Origin: Rhodocyclaceae bacterium
Lineage (GTDB): Bacteria > Pseudomonadota > Gammaproteobacteria > Burkholderiales > Rhodocyclaceae
Assembly: GCA_025361105.1 (NCBI GenBank)
Contig: JANYAW010000330.1
Span: 1-39,036 of the forward strand
DNA: 39,036 bases
Reading direction: 5' to 3'
A program made the translations under genes and the position numbers. Below, one piece after another: positions 9,310-17,299 of this stretch. Each line of letters opens with the position of its first letter. Position 1 is the first letter of the stretch. Under the pieces are notes generated by a model. The model ran no database searches. It saw only the letters and a list, made by a program, of their open reading frames with translations, and was not told where the DNA came from.

Positions 9310-10227
9310 CTAGCTGATTTGCTGTATGCCAGCGATCTGCCAGCCGCGTGAGCCATCGGTGGGTTTGGTCAAATGCCAGATTTCTTCAAAGGCTTGTGGT
9401 GCGTTGTGGATGTCTTCGCGCAATTGGCCGAAGTAACGCACGCTGGCGATTTGGCGATTGTCTTCGGTGACTACGCTCAATAATTCAGCATCAAGTTGGA
9501 CAACATCCGTTTGTGATTTGACGCTGCCACGCTCGTGCAATTGCATCTGGATTTCGGCGAAAACTTCCGGCGCGGTGAATTGCCGAATGTCGTCTAAATC
9601 GCCGCGATCGTTGGCGGCTTGCAGGCGAACGAAATTGAGCTTGGCTTGGCGCAGAAATCCGACAACATCGAAATCAGCGGGGATGTTGCTAACGACAGTT
9701 GGCGGCGCACTTGACGGCGTGTCACCAGCACCAACTGGCAAGCTTGGCGAAGGCGATGGTGGTATCGCATCAAAGTGCATAGGCGTTGCAGATGATCCCG
9801 CACCGGCGTATTGCGTACTCAATTCAGGCTCGCGCTTTCGCGTCAGCCAGCGGAACAAAAACAACGCCGCCATGGCCAACAAGGCAATCATCATGAAATT
9901 TGCTACGCCTTCACCCATGCCGAAATGCGACAGCAATGCGGCCAAGCCGACACCAGCGGCAAGACCCGCCAGCGGTCCCAGCCAGCGACTCATTCCTGGC
10001 TTCGCTGCCGCCGCAGCGGGTGCGGGCGCAGGTGCGCTGGTGGTGGCATTCGATGGCACGGCATTTTGCACTGGCGCAGCTGGTGGTGCAGATTGGCGTG
10101 GAGTGCTGCGCGTCATGCCAATAGACTTACCGCCACCGAGGCGCGCGGCTTGTGCGTCACTTACAGCCAGGCCAATTGTGAACGCAAAGGCGATGAGCAC
10201 CAGGAGAAAATTTTTTGAACGATTCAT
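9310..10227 (-). CDS. Tim44-like domain membrane protein
   Basis: 305 aa from ATG 10227 (MNRSKNFLLVLIAF...). Has a signal/anchor, an Ala/Pro-rich linker, a TM segment and a C-terminal Tim44-like domain. The longer ORF would overlap ubiE. Confidence 0.85.
   Translation of the reverse strand: MNRSKNFLLVLIAFAFTIGLAVSDAQAARLGGGKSIGMTRSTPRQSAPPAAPVQNAVPSNATTSAPAPAPAAAAAKPGMSRWLGPLAGLAAGVGLAALLSHFGMGEGVANFMMIALLAMAALFLFRWLTRKREPELSTQYAGAGSSATPMHFDAIPPSPSPSLPVGAGDTPSSAPPTVVSNIPADFDVVGFLRQAKLNFVRLQAANDRGDLDDIRQFTAPEVFAEIQMQLHERGSVKSQTDVVQLDAELLSVVTEDNRQIASVRYFGQLREDIHNAPQAFEEIWHLTKPTDGSRGWQIAGIQQIS
9696..9738. repeat. Complete palindromic unit of the motif family (CAGTTGGCGGCGC acttgac GGCGTGTCACCAGCACCAACTG)
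   Basis: Exact consensus 22-mer at 9717-9738 plus a left arm at 9696-9708. Terminal CAGTTGG/CCAACTG pair perfectly. Lies inside the Tim44-like CDS. Confidence 0.85.
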
Positions 10228-10264
10228 ATGAGTTTTACCAATGAGGACAAAAGCAAATTTAGCT

Positions 10265-10996
10265 TCAAAACTTGTAACCACGATGCAATGCCACCACGCC
10301 CGCAGCCAAGTTAAATACTTCGACTTTCTCCAAGCCGATTTGTTCCATCAAAGCCTTCAAAGTTTCTTGATCGGGATGCATGCGTATCGATTCGGCAAGA
10401 TAGCGGTAGGAATCAGCATCGCCAGCAATTTTCTGTCCCAGCCACGGCAGTACTTTGAACGAATACAAATCATAAAGCGGCGCTAAAGGTGCAGCGACTT
10501 TGGAAAATTCCAGCACCAGCAAACGCCCGCCAGGCCGCAGTACGCGGCGCATTTCGGCCAGTGCCAAGTCTTTATGCGTCATGTTGCGCAAGCCAAAAGC
10601 CACGGTGACAATGTCAAAATAATCATCCCGGAAGGGCAATTTTTCGGCATCGCATTGCGCTACCGGCAGCATCCGGCCTTCATCGAGCAAACGGTCGCGG
10701 CCGACGGTCAGCATCGCGTTATTGATATCGGTGAGCCAGACTTGCCCAAGTTTGCCAACGCGCTGTGCGAATGCCGAGGACAAATCGGCGGTGCCGCCAG
10801 CGACATCCAATACATATTCCCCGTTGCGCGGCGCGGCGATTTCTATCGCGAATTTTTTCCACAATCGATGCAGACCCGCCGACATCAAGTCATTCATCAC
10901 ATCGTAATTTTTTGCCACCGACGAGAACACCCCTTCGACCCGCGATGCCTTGTCGCGTTCGTTGACCTGCTCAAATCCGAAATGCGTATCAGCCAT
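10265..10996 (-). CDS. ubiE: Demethylmenaquinone / ubiquinone biosynthesis C-methyltransferase
   Basis: 243 aa, SAM motif [11 protein letters not shown], full-length UbiE similarity. Confidence 0.95.
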   Translation of the reverse strand: MADTHFGFEQVNERDKASRVEGVFSSVAKNYDVMNDLMSAGLHRLWKKFAIEIAAPRNGEYVLDVAGGTADLSSAFAQRVGKLGQVWLTDINNAMLTVGRDRLLDEGRMLPVAQCDAEKLPFRDDYFDIVTVAFGLRNMTHKDLALAEMRRVLRPGGRLLVLEFSKVAAPLAPLYDLYSFKVLPWLGQKIAGDADSYRYLAESIRMHPDQETLKALMEQIGLEKVEVFNLAAGVVALHRGYKF

Positions 10997-11032
10997 ATCT
11001 ATCAGCCCTGATTTTTCACCATTGATCGCTCT

Positions 11033-11455
11033 TTAGTGACTGCAACCGCCACCATGTTGGTGCGCAGTCGGTGCAGTGGTATCTATATCGCGACTGGCAC
11101 ACGCTTTTGCAAGTTGTTCCAAATAATTTGCCATCAGTTGATCAGCGTGTGTACCCAAATCGTGCAGCAAATCCCACGAGTACAAACCCGTATCGTGACC
11201 ATCGGAAAACACCAATTTCAGTGCGTAATTGCCAATCGGTTCGATGGCCGTGATGCCGACATTGCGTTTGCCTGTTTGTAGTACTTCCTGACCTGGCCCA
11301 TGACCTCTGACCTCGGCCGAGGGTGAATAAACGCGGAGCAATTCGCAGGGCAAATTGAAGCGCGCGCCATCCGAAAAATGCAGTTCCAAGACACGCGATT
11401 TGGCGTGCAAAATTATCTCGGTGGGCGTGGGAGTCGTGGGGCTAAGGCCAGCCAT
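11033..11455 (-). CDS. DUF971 (gamma-butyrobetaine hydroxylase-like N-terminal domain) protein
   Basis: 140 aa; LELHFSDG...LLRVYSPSAEVRGHG...GNYALKLVFSDGHDTGLYSWDLL is typical of DUF971. This family is commonly found upstream of ubiE. Confidence 0.8.
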   Translation of the reverse strand: MAGLSPTTPTPTEIILHAKSRVLELHFSDGARFNLPCELLRVYSPSAEVRGHGPGQEVLQTGKRNVGITAIEPIGNYALKLVFSDGHDTGLYSWDLLHDLGTHADQLMANYLEQLAKACASRDIDTTAPTAHQHGGGCSH

Positions 11456-11577
11456 GGTGTTTGTCGTTGCGAGTGCGCAGGGCGAGGCACGTATGATAGT
11501 CCAACGCTCTCAGTAATAATTCCGTCACGTGAGCGCAATAAACTGCCGCTTGAACTTTTGTGCGTGCGAGAAAACCT

Positions 11578-12270
11578 ATGGCCGTGACAATTTTGGTTGT
11601 GGAAGACGAACCAGCGATACGTTCGCTGATTGAAATCAATCTGCGCCGCGCTGGCTATGCCGTGGCGCTTGCGGCTGACGCCAACGCAGCGCAGGTTATT
11701 ATCAATCAGAGCTTGCCCGCGCTGGTATTGCTCGATTGGATGTTGCCCGGCGTTTCCGGTATCGAATACGCACGCCGTTTGCGCCGCGATGCGCGCACCA
11801 AGATGCTGCCTATCATCATGCTCACCGCAAAGAGCGAGGAGCGCGACAAAGTTGACGCGCTTGAAGGTGGTGCTGATGACTATGTGACCAAGCCGTTTTC
11901 GGCGCGCGAATTGATGGCGCGCATCAAAGCCCTGCTGCGACGGAATGCGCCGCATAACACGGATGATTTAATCAAGATTGGCGATCTGTTACTCGACCCG
12001 GTGAGCCATCGTGTCAGCGCATTGGATGAAACTGTGAGCCTAGGCCCGACCGAATTTCGCCTGCTACATTTTTTTATGGCGCACCCCGAGCGCGTACATA
12101 GCCGCACGCAATTACTCGACCGTATTTGGGGAGACGGCGTGTACGTCGAAGAGCGTACCGTCGATGTGCATATCAGACGGCTTCGTGCAGCGCTGGAGTC
12201 GTCGAAATGTGATGACATGATCCAGACTGTGCGCGGCACTGGTTACCGTTTCTCTGCTAGCGGACGATGA
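11578..12270 (+). CDS. phoB: Phosphate regulon response regulator
   Basis: 230 aa from ATG 11578 (MAVTILVVEDEP). Receiver domain plus OmpR-type winged helix. ATGA overlap with phoR. Confidence 0.92.
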   Translation: MAVTILVVEDEPAIRSLIEINLRRAGYAVALAADANAAQVIINQSLPALVLLDWMLPGVSGIEYARRLRRDARTKMLPIIMLTAKSEERDKVDALEGGADDYVTKPFSARELMARIKALLRRNAPHNTDDLIKIGDLLLDPVSHRVSALDETVSLGPTEFRLLHFFMAHPERVHSRTQLLDRIWGDGVYVEERTVDVHIRRLRAALESSKCDDMIQTVRGTGYRFSASGR

Positions 12271-13580
12271 ACGACGCACGCGCGGCTTTTTTTGGCGGCA
12301 TGTTGTTATTGACGCTGTGCGTCGTGGCCGCCGGTTTGGTGTTCGGTTGGCCGCATGCGGCAATTACCGCGCTGAGTTTTTGCGTGTATTTTTTACTGCG
12401 GCAAATGCAAGAAATCGGTCGTCTGCTCGATTGGGTGCGGCAGCCGCTGGGCACACCGCCACCGGTGGCAATGGGCGACGGGGTGTGGGATATGGTGTTC
12501 GGCGGGCTGACCCGCCACCATCGCGATAGCATGCTGGAACGACATCAATTGAATTTGGCCTTGGATCGCTTTCGCCTCGCCGCCGAAGCTTTGCCCGATG
12601 GGGTTGTCATCCTTGACGATGCGCAGCAAATCGAATGGATGAATCGGCAAGCCGGGTTGTGCTTGAGTCTGCATGCCACCGCTGATGTCGGTACCCGCAT
12701 TTTGCATTTGTTGCGCGAGCCTGAATTTCAAATCTATCTGGCGGATCCCAACAATTTTGACCATGCGCTGTTGCTATCGACCACGCGCAGTCCGGGACGT
12801 TTTCTGCAATTGCAAATGATGCCGTTTTCGGCAGGTCGCTCGTTGCTGTTGGTGCGGGACACCACTCAACTGGTGCGCATGAGTACCATGCGGCGCGACT
12901 TTGTGGCCAATGTTTCGCATGAACTCAAAACACCACTGACCGTGACCTTGGGTTTTCTGGAAGCGCTGGAAGACGCACCTGCCGAAACGCCGCCAGAAGA
13001 ACGGGCGCACTACGTACAAATGGCGAGCACACAAGCGCGGCGGATGCAATCACTGATTGAAGACCTGCTCACGCTGTCTATGCTGGAGACAGATGCGCAG
13101 CCCAAGGACGAATGTGTTGATCTATTAAAGCTCATCGAATCAGTTCTGGCGGACGCACAGGCCTTGTCAAAAAATCAACATGAAATTTTGCTTGAAATTG
13201 ACTCGCCAGTAATAATTATTCATGGCGACAAATCCGAATTGCATTCGGCCTTGCTCAACCTCGCCAGCAATGCAGTGCACTACACGCCTGCGGGTGGTCG
13301 CATCGTTTTGCATTGGCGAATTTTGGAAACAGGTGAAGGCGAACTGGGCGTGACCGACAATGGCATCGGTATCGCATTGTCCGATATTGACCGACTTACC
13401 GAACGATTTTTTCGCACGGATAGGGGTCGCGCCAGAGTCGGCAACGCGAGCGGCACAGGGCTGGGTTTGGCCATTGCCAAACAGGTCGTTGAACGCCACC
13501 ACAGCAAGTTGATGATACGCAGCGTGCTCGGCCAAGGCTCGACGTTTTGCATTGTTTTTCCGGCGGATCGCTTGGCCTAA
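12267..13580 (+). CDS. phoR: Phosphate regulon sensor histidine kinase
   Basis: 437 aa with an N-terminal TM segment, a PAS-like region, the H-box FVANVSHELKTPLT and a HATPase domain (GTGLGLAI). Confidence 0.92.
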   Translation: MNDARAAFFGGMLLLTLCVVAAGLVFGWPHAAITALSFCVYFLLRQMQEIGRLLDWVRQPLGTPPPVAMGDGVWDMVFGGLTRHHRDSMLERHQLNLALDRFRLAAEALPDGVVILDDAQQIEWMNRQAGLCLSLHATADVGTRILHLLREPEFQIYLADPNNFDHALLLSTTRSPGRFLQLQMMPFSAGRSLLLVRDTTQLVRMSTMRRDFVANVSHELKTPLTVTLGFLEALEDAPAETPPEERAHYVQMASTQARRMQSLIEDLLTLSMLETDAQPKDECVDLLKLIESVLADAQALSKNQHEILLEIDSPVIIIHGDKSELHSALLNLASNAVHYTPAGGRIVLHWRILETGEGELGVTDNGIGIALSDIDRLTERFFRTDRGRARVGNASGTGLGLAIAKQVVERHHSKLMIRSVLGQGSTFCIVFPADRLA

Positions 13581-13686
13581 ACTGGGTTATCCGACGGCGG
13601 CGGAGAAGGGAATTCGCAAAGCACCGCTTTGCGCCTGTGTAGCGGCTCGGCTGTGCAATGCCGAGACTCCACGCCAGCACCAATTG
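13581..13686 (+). repeat. Long-form intergenic repeat, copy A
   Basis: Aligns with 21615-21708. Hairpin 1 is CGCAAAGC acc GCTTTGCG (13615-13633) and hairpin 2 is CTCGGC tgtgcaat GCCGAG (13646-13665). It ends in CCAGCACCAATTG, related to the 22-mer. Confidence 0.8.
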
Positions 13687-13709
13687 CGTTCAGTTGCGAA
13701 GGAATTTTC

Positions 13710-14663
13710 ATGCTCAGTTCCATCATTGATAGCGCACTGACGCGAACCGCTAAATTTTTTTCGCGCGAACGTATGCCCGCCGTCGCCACCATATCATTTC
13801 GACAAGTGGAAACATCCGTTGGCAATGTCCGCTTGTACGACTCCGCGCCAAATGACGCAGATGACGACGCGAGTAAACCATGTGTGGTGTTTGTGCCCGA
13901 TGGCCCGAACGTGATTGAACATCACGCGGCACTTTTTGCCTTACTTACGCCGCACCTTCGGGTGGTCTGTTTCGACATGCCGGGCTTTGGATTTTCATTG
14001 CCTAGCGCAAGCTATGGACATGGTTTGAATCAAGGCGCCGCCGCAGTGATTGGTGTGCTTGATGCGCTGGCGATTTCAAAAGCCTGGTTGGCGTTTAGTT
14101 GCGGCAACGGTTTCTATGCGATGCGCACGGCGCAGTTGGCACCCGATCGGGTGGCCGGATTATTCCTCACGCAAACTCCGGCGCTCAGTGTGATGGCACC
14201 ATGGACGCGACGTATTTTGCCGCGCGTTCTACGCACGCCGGTGCTCGGACAAATTCTGGTGTGGCTGACACGCAAGAAATTAGCCCACGGTTGGTATCAC
14301 ATTTCCTTGCCGCGTAACACGGACGCCAGCACCTATCAAACGACGGCCAATGACGCACTGACGGCAGGCGGCAGTTTTTGTTTGGCCGGCATTACACAAG
14401 GTTTGGCGCGCGAAATCGACACGCCGATGAACGGCATTCGTGCGCCGTGCACTTTGCTTTGGGGTGAGAAAGATCACTCACACAAACACATCGATCCGAC
14501 GTCCTTGCTCAAAGATATTCCACATGCCGAAATCATCCGCTTTGCTGATTGCGGACATTTTTCCGACTTGGAACAGCCAGCGCGTTATGCAGAATTGCTG
14601 CTGGCGCGGATTGGTGGGCTTAGCAACGGCGTATCGCCAGCACCAACTGGCGGGGTTGTTTAA
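13710..14663 (+). CDS. Alpha/beta hydrolase fold protein
   Basis: 317 aa from ATG 13710. CVVFVPDGPNVIEHH...FDMPGFGFS...ADCGHFSDLEQP is typical of the fold. The nucleophile position reads AFSCGNG rather than GxSxG. Confidence 0.8.
   Translation: MLSSIIDSALTRTAKFFSRERMPAVATISFRQVETSVGNVRLYDSAPNDADDDASKPCVVFVPDGPNVIEHHAALFALLTPHLRVVCFDMPGFGFSLPSASYGHGLNQGAAAVIGVLDALAISKAWLAFSCGNGFYAMRTAQLAPDRVAGLFLTQTPALSVMAPWTRRILPRVLRTPVLGQILVWLTRKKLAHGWYHISLPRNTDASTYQTTANDALTAGGSFCLAGITQGLAREIDTPMNGIRAPCTLLWGEKDHSHKHIDPTSLLKDIPHAEIIRFADCGHFSDLEQPARYAELLLARIGGLSNGVSPAPTGGVV
14608..14648. repeat. Palindromic unit of the motif family forming the 3' end of the hydrolase gene
   Basis: GATTGGTGGGC ttagcaac GGCGTATCGCCAGCACCAACTG, translated as IGGLSNGVSPAPTG. 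Confidence 0.85.
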
Positions 14664-16318
14664 GGTTTCTTTTTCACGGGAACCGCTTCAAACGTACAAC
14701 GCTCGAACTCATTGCCTCGATCAAGCACGTGCAGTAGCGTCACGCGCTCGTTGATGCCTTCATTGAACACGTCGACAAATCGACCGATGCGGAAAGTTCC
14801 AGCCGGAACAACAATCGCTTCAGGTTCATTCACCGCTGGCATGGCGGGTAGGCGCATGCCTTGGTAATAAGGCTCATTGGTTTTCGGATCGATGACGCGC
14901 ACCGCAACTGGTAGCGCGGTGCCGGGGAATAATTGGATGCCGATACTGACGGTTGGATTTTCGCCATCTTCTTGCAAAATCCAGCGTACGCCGCCGACCA
15001 TGAAACGCGTCGAACCGCCAAGCTTGATGGCGATTAGCTGGCCGCTGCCGACGCGAACGCCGACCTTGAGCGGGCGTTGCAAGCGCACCCCGTTGGCCGA
15101 TTGATCGAGCAATTGCCAATCATCAATGAGCGACCAGTTTTCAACCTGATAGCCGTGGGTGTCGCTGTAATTTTCGTCTTGGCGACGCGCGCGCTGGCCG
15201 AATGCGGCCATTTCTTCGCGTTCTGCAAGCAGCATCGTGGAATCAATCACTGGCGGATGGAACGGTTTTCTGCCCGACAAATAGTAATGCACGGCTTCAA
15301 AGCCGACGATAAATTCACAACCACCCGAGACTGGCCGACGGTCATGCTTGCGCTTGGCGCCGCCCTTGCACCAACGTTGATAAACACGTTCAAGCAGCAA
15401 GCTGGTCGCGGGTTGCGTGCAGTCCTCGCCCAAATGCAAATGTGCAGGAAGTTCGCCTTGTTGCAGCATCACCAGTCGCGCTTTGATGCTCTTGCGCAGT
15501 TCGTCGGTATCAAGCCAGCGCGCACCAGGCACATCACGCGCGATATACCCGGCCGGCCGGTCGGAATCAATATCAACGAATAAGGGCGAAGCACGCGTGC
15601 CATCGGTTGGCGCACCACCAGTGAGCAATGCAAGCTTGTTGGCCCAACGACGCGACCAACGCGCAATCCAATCCAGGTGGCGCGATGGCAACTCGAACGG
15701 GCTGGCAGCGTGGAGTAAATGCGATTCGCCATAGGCCGCTAGTACGTTGGTTGGCTCATTGCCGTGACGCGCTGCGTCGCGCACTTCAAGCGTGGTGAGT
15801 TTGAGTTTTTCGGCCAGCGCGAACACCGAATGAAGGCGTCGCCAAAAACTTCCGTCGGGTAATTTTTCGCCACGACACAAATCGACTTCCCAATCGGCAA
15901 ACACCGAGAGTGCACGCTGCGCGATTAAAGCGCCTTGACCTGCCACTCCCGCATCACCACCCGCCACCGCATCAAACAGGCGCAAATAACCGACGAGCAT
16001 GGCTTGCCAAACCGCCATCGTGCCATCAAGCGCGGATTGCTCTGGAGGACTTAAGGGCAGCGGTCTATTGGCAAATTTTTTCGCCACATCGCGTTGCACT
16101 TCAATCACCGTTTGACGTATCGCTTCGAGCAATTTGAGCCGTGCCGACGATGCCAATGAAAAGCGGTGGAGCAAGTTTAATTGGCGCAGCAACATGACTT
16201 GTGCTTGCGACGGATTGGCCATCGGTACGGAAGCCAGCCAGTCGTTACAGGCCGTCACCGTCAAAAAAGCTGGCGGGAATTCGGCGTAAGTGTCGGGTAG
16301 ATCGAAATGTGTGCTCAT
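14660..16318 (-). CDS. Hypothetical protein with C-terminal PilZ-like domain
   Basis: 552 aa. The C-terminal third looks like a beta-barrel and carries DQSANG (DxSxxG) about 30 residues after QRARRQ. ATGA overlap with the upstream HIT gene. Confidence 0.6.
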   Translation of the reverse strand: MSTHFDLPDTYAEFPPAFLTVTACNDWLASVPMANPSQAQVMLLRQLNLLHRFSLASSARLKLLEAIRQTVIEVQRDVAKKFANRPLPLSPPEQSALDGTMAVWQAMLVGYLRLFDAVAGGDAGVAGQGALIAQRALSVFADWEVDLCRGEKLPDGSFWRRLHSVFALAEKLKLTTLEVRDAARHGNEPTNVLAAYGESHLLHAASPFELPSRHLDWIARWSRRWANKLALLTGGAPTDGTRASPLFVDIDSDRPAGYIARDVPGARWLDTDELRKSIKARLVMLQQGELPAHLHLGEDCTQPATSLLLERVYQRWCKGGAKRKHDRRPVSGGCEFIVGFEAVHYYLSGRKPFHPPVIDSTMLLAEREEMAAFGQRARRQDENYSDTHGYQVENWSLIDDWQLLDQSANGVRLQRPLKVGVRVGSGQLIAIKLGGSTRFMVGGVRWILQEDGENPTVSIGIQLFPGTALPVAVRVIDPKTNEPYYQGMRLPAMPAVNEPEAIVVPAGTFRIGRFVDVFNEGINERVTLLHVLDRGNEFERCTFEAVPVKKKP

Positions 16319-16773
16319 GGGGCGATGGCCTTGTTCAAATCTTTCAATTCATCTGCAAGCATTGCAGAAAGTGTAGCGCAAGACACGGAGATGCGAGTTG
16401 GTGCTGATAACACACCGTCATTTGCCTTCCCCCAGATCGGTGCAGGAAAATGACTGTCGTCCCTCCATCTTGGAATGATATGCCAATGCAGATGCGGTAC
16501 CACATTGCCGAGGCTGGCGAGATTGATTTTGTCTGGATTGACCAAGCGCCGTAGCACAAGTTCGACCGCCAACACGACCCTCATCAAGTGCATACTTTCG
16601 CGCGGCGACAATTCACTCATTTCGGCGCAATGTTGATTCCAAATCACGCGACAAAACCCTGGGAAAGCTTGTTGCTCTGCGCCTTCAACTTTGACTACGC
16701 GACAAAGATAAAGATCGTCTTGCCAGACGAACTCGCCGCCGAGTGACTCACACAAAGGACATGGCGTATCCAT
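16315..16773 (-). CDS. HIT family (histidine triad) hydrolase
   Basis: 152 aa; histidine triad HLHWHIIPR. Confidence 0.85.
   Translation of the reverse strand: MDTPCPLCESLGGEFVWQDDLYLCRVVKVEGAEQQAFPGFCRVIWNQHCAEMSELSPRESMHLMRVVLAVELVLRRLVNPDKINLASLGNVVPHLHWHIIPRWRDDSHFPAPIWGKANDGVLSAPTRISVSCATLSAMLADELKDLNKAIAP
16395..16419 (-). repeat. Intragenic copy of the motif (GAGTTGGTGCTGATAACACACCGTC)
   Basis: Contains the exact core GTTGGTGCTG. Translated in the HIT gene as DGVLSAPTR. Confidence 0.75.
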
Positions 16774-16845
16774 AAGTCACAGAACAAAAATGAAATGGCG
16801 AGTGAATGCGTTAGCCGCTCAAGAAACTATTTAAGTTTGCTTAAC

Positions 16846-16903
16846 GGCGCCTCACCAGCACCAACTGACGAAAATCGCTTGGCTGATGCTGGTGAAACCG
16901 GCG
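16846..16903. repeat. Inverted pair of motif copies forming a hairpin downstream of psiF
   Basis: Forward copy GGCGCCTCACCAGCACCAACTG (16846-16867) and degenerate reverse copy CTGATGCTGGTGAAACCGGCG (16883-16903). CACCAGCA (16853-16860) pairs perfectly with TGCTGGTG (16887-16894). Confidence 0.75.
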
Positions 16904-16906
16904 AAT

Positions 16907-17197
16907 TTATTTCGCCGCCGCTGCGTCAGCTTCGCATTTCTTCATGAAAGCTTTTTTGGCCGCGCCTGCCAGTGGCTTGCCAGCTTTGCTGACGGCTTTT
17001 TCAGCACAACCAGAAGCTGCCTTGGGTGCTACAGCTGGTGCCGCGCCACCTTCGCATTTTTTCATGAAGGCGGTTTTGGCCGCGCCTGCCAACGGCTTGC
17101 CGGCTTTGCTAACAGCCTTGCTCTCGCAGGTTTCGCCAGCAAAAGCAAATTGGGCTACAAAAATTGAAGCAATTGCAATACCGGTCAATGCGCGCAT
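16907..17197 (-). CDS. psiF: PsiF-repeat protein (phosphate starvation-inducible PsiF family)
   Basis: 96 aa from ATG 17197, preceded by AGGAG. Signal peptide, then two copies of KAVSKAGKPLAGAAK.AFMKKCE (120-bp period in the DNA). Confidence 0.85.
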   Translation of the reverse strand: MRALTGIAIASIFVAQFAFAGETCESKAVSKAGKPLAGAAKTAFMKKCEGGAAPAVAPKAASGCAEKAVSKAGKPLAGAAKKAFMKKCEADAAAAK

Positions 17198-17299
17198 CGT
17201 GATTCTCCTTGAGTTGGTAGTAACGAACATGCGGACGAAAGTACAGCGGGTGAATCAGGTGAAAATCTTGCGGTGATACTAAGCCATTTAGTACACTTT

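Noticed and set aside
11456-11577. Pho box upstream of phoB; also searched upstream of psiF at 17198-17299
   Set aside because: I found only weak resemblances to CTGTCAT-N4-CTGTCAT (for example CCGTCACGTGAGCGCAAT, and TTCAC repeats with the wrong spacing). This is not good enough to annotate without a PWM.
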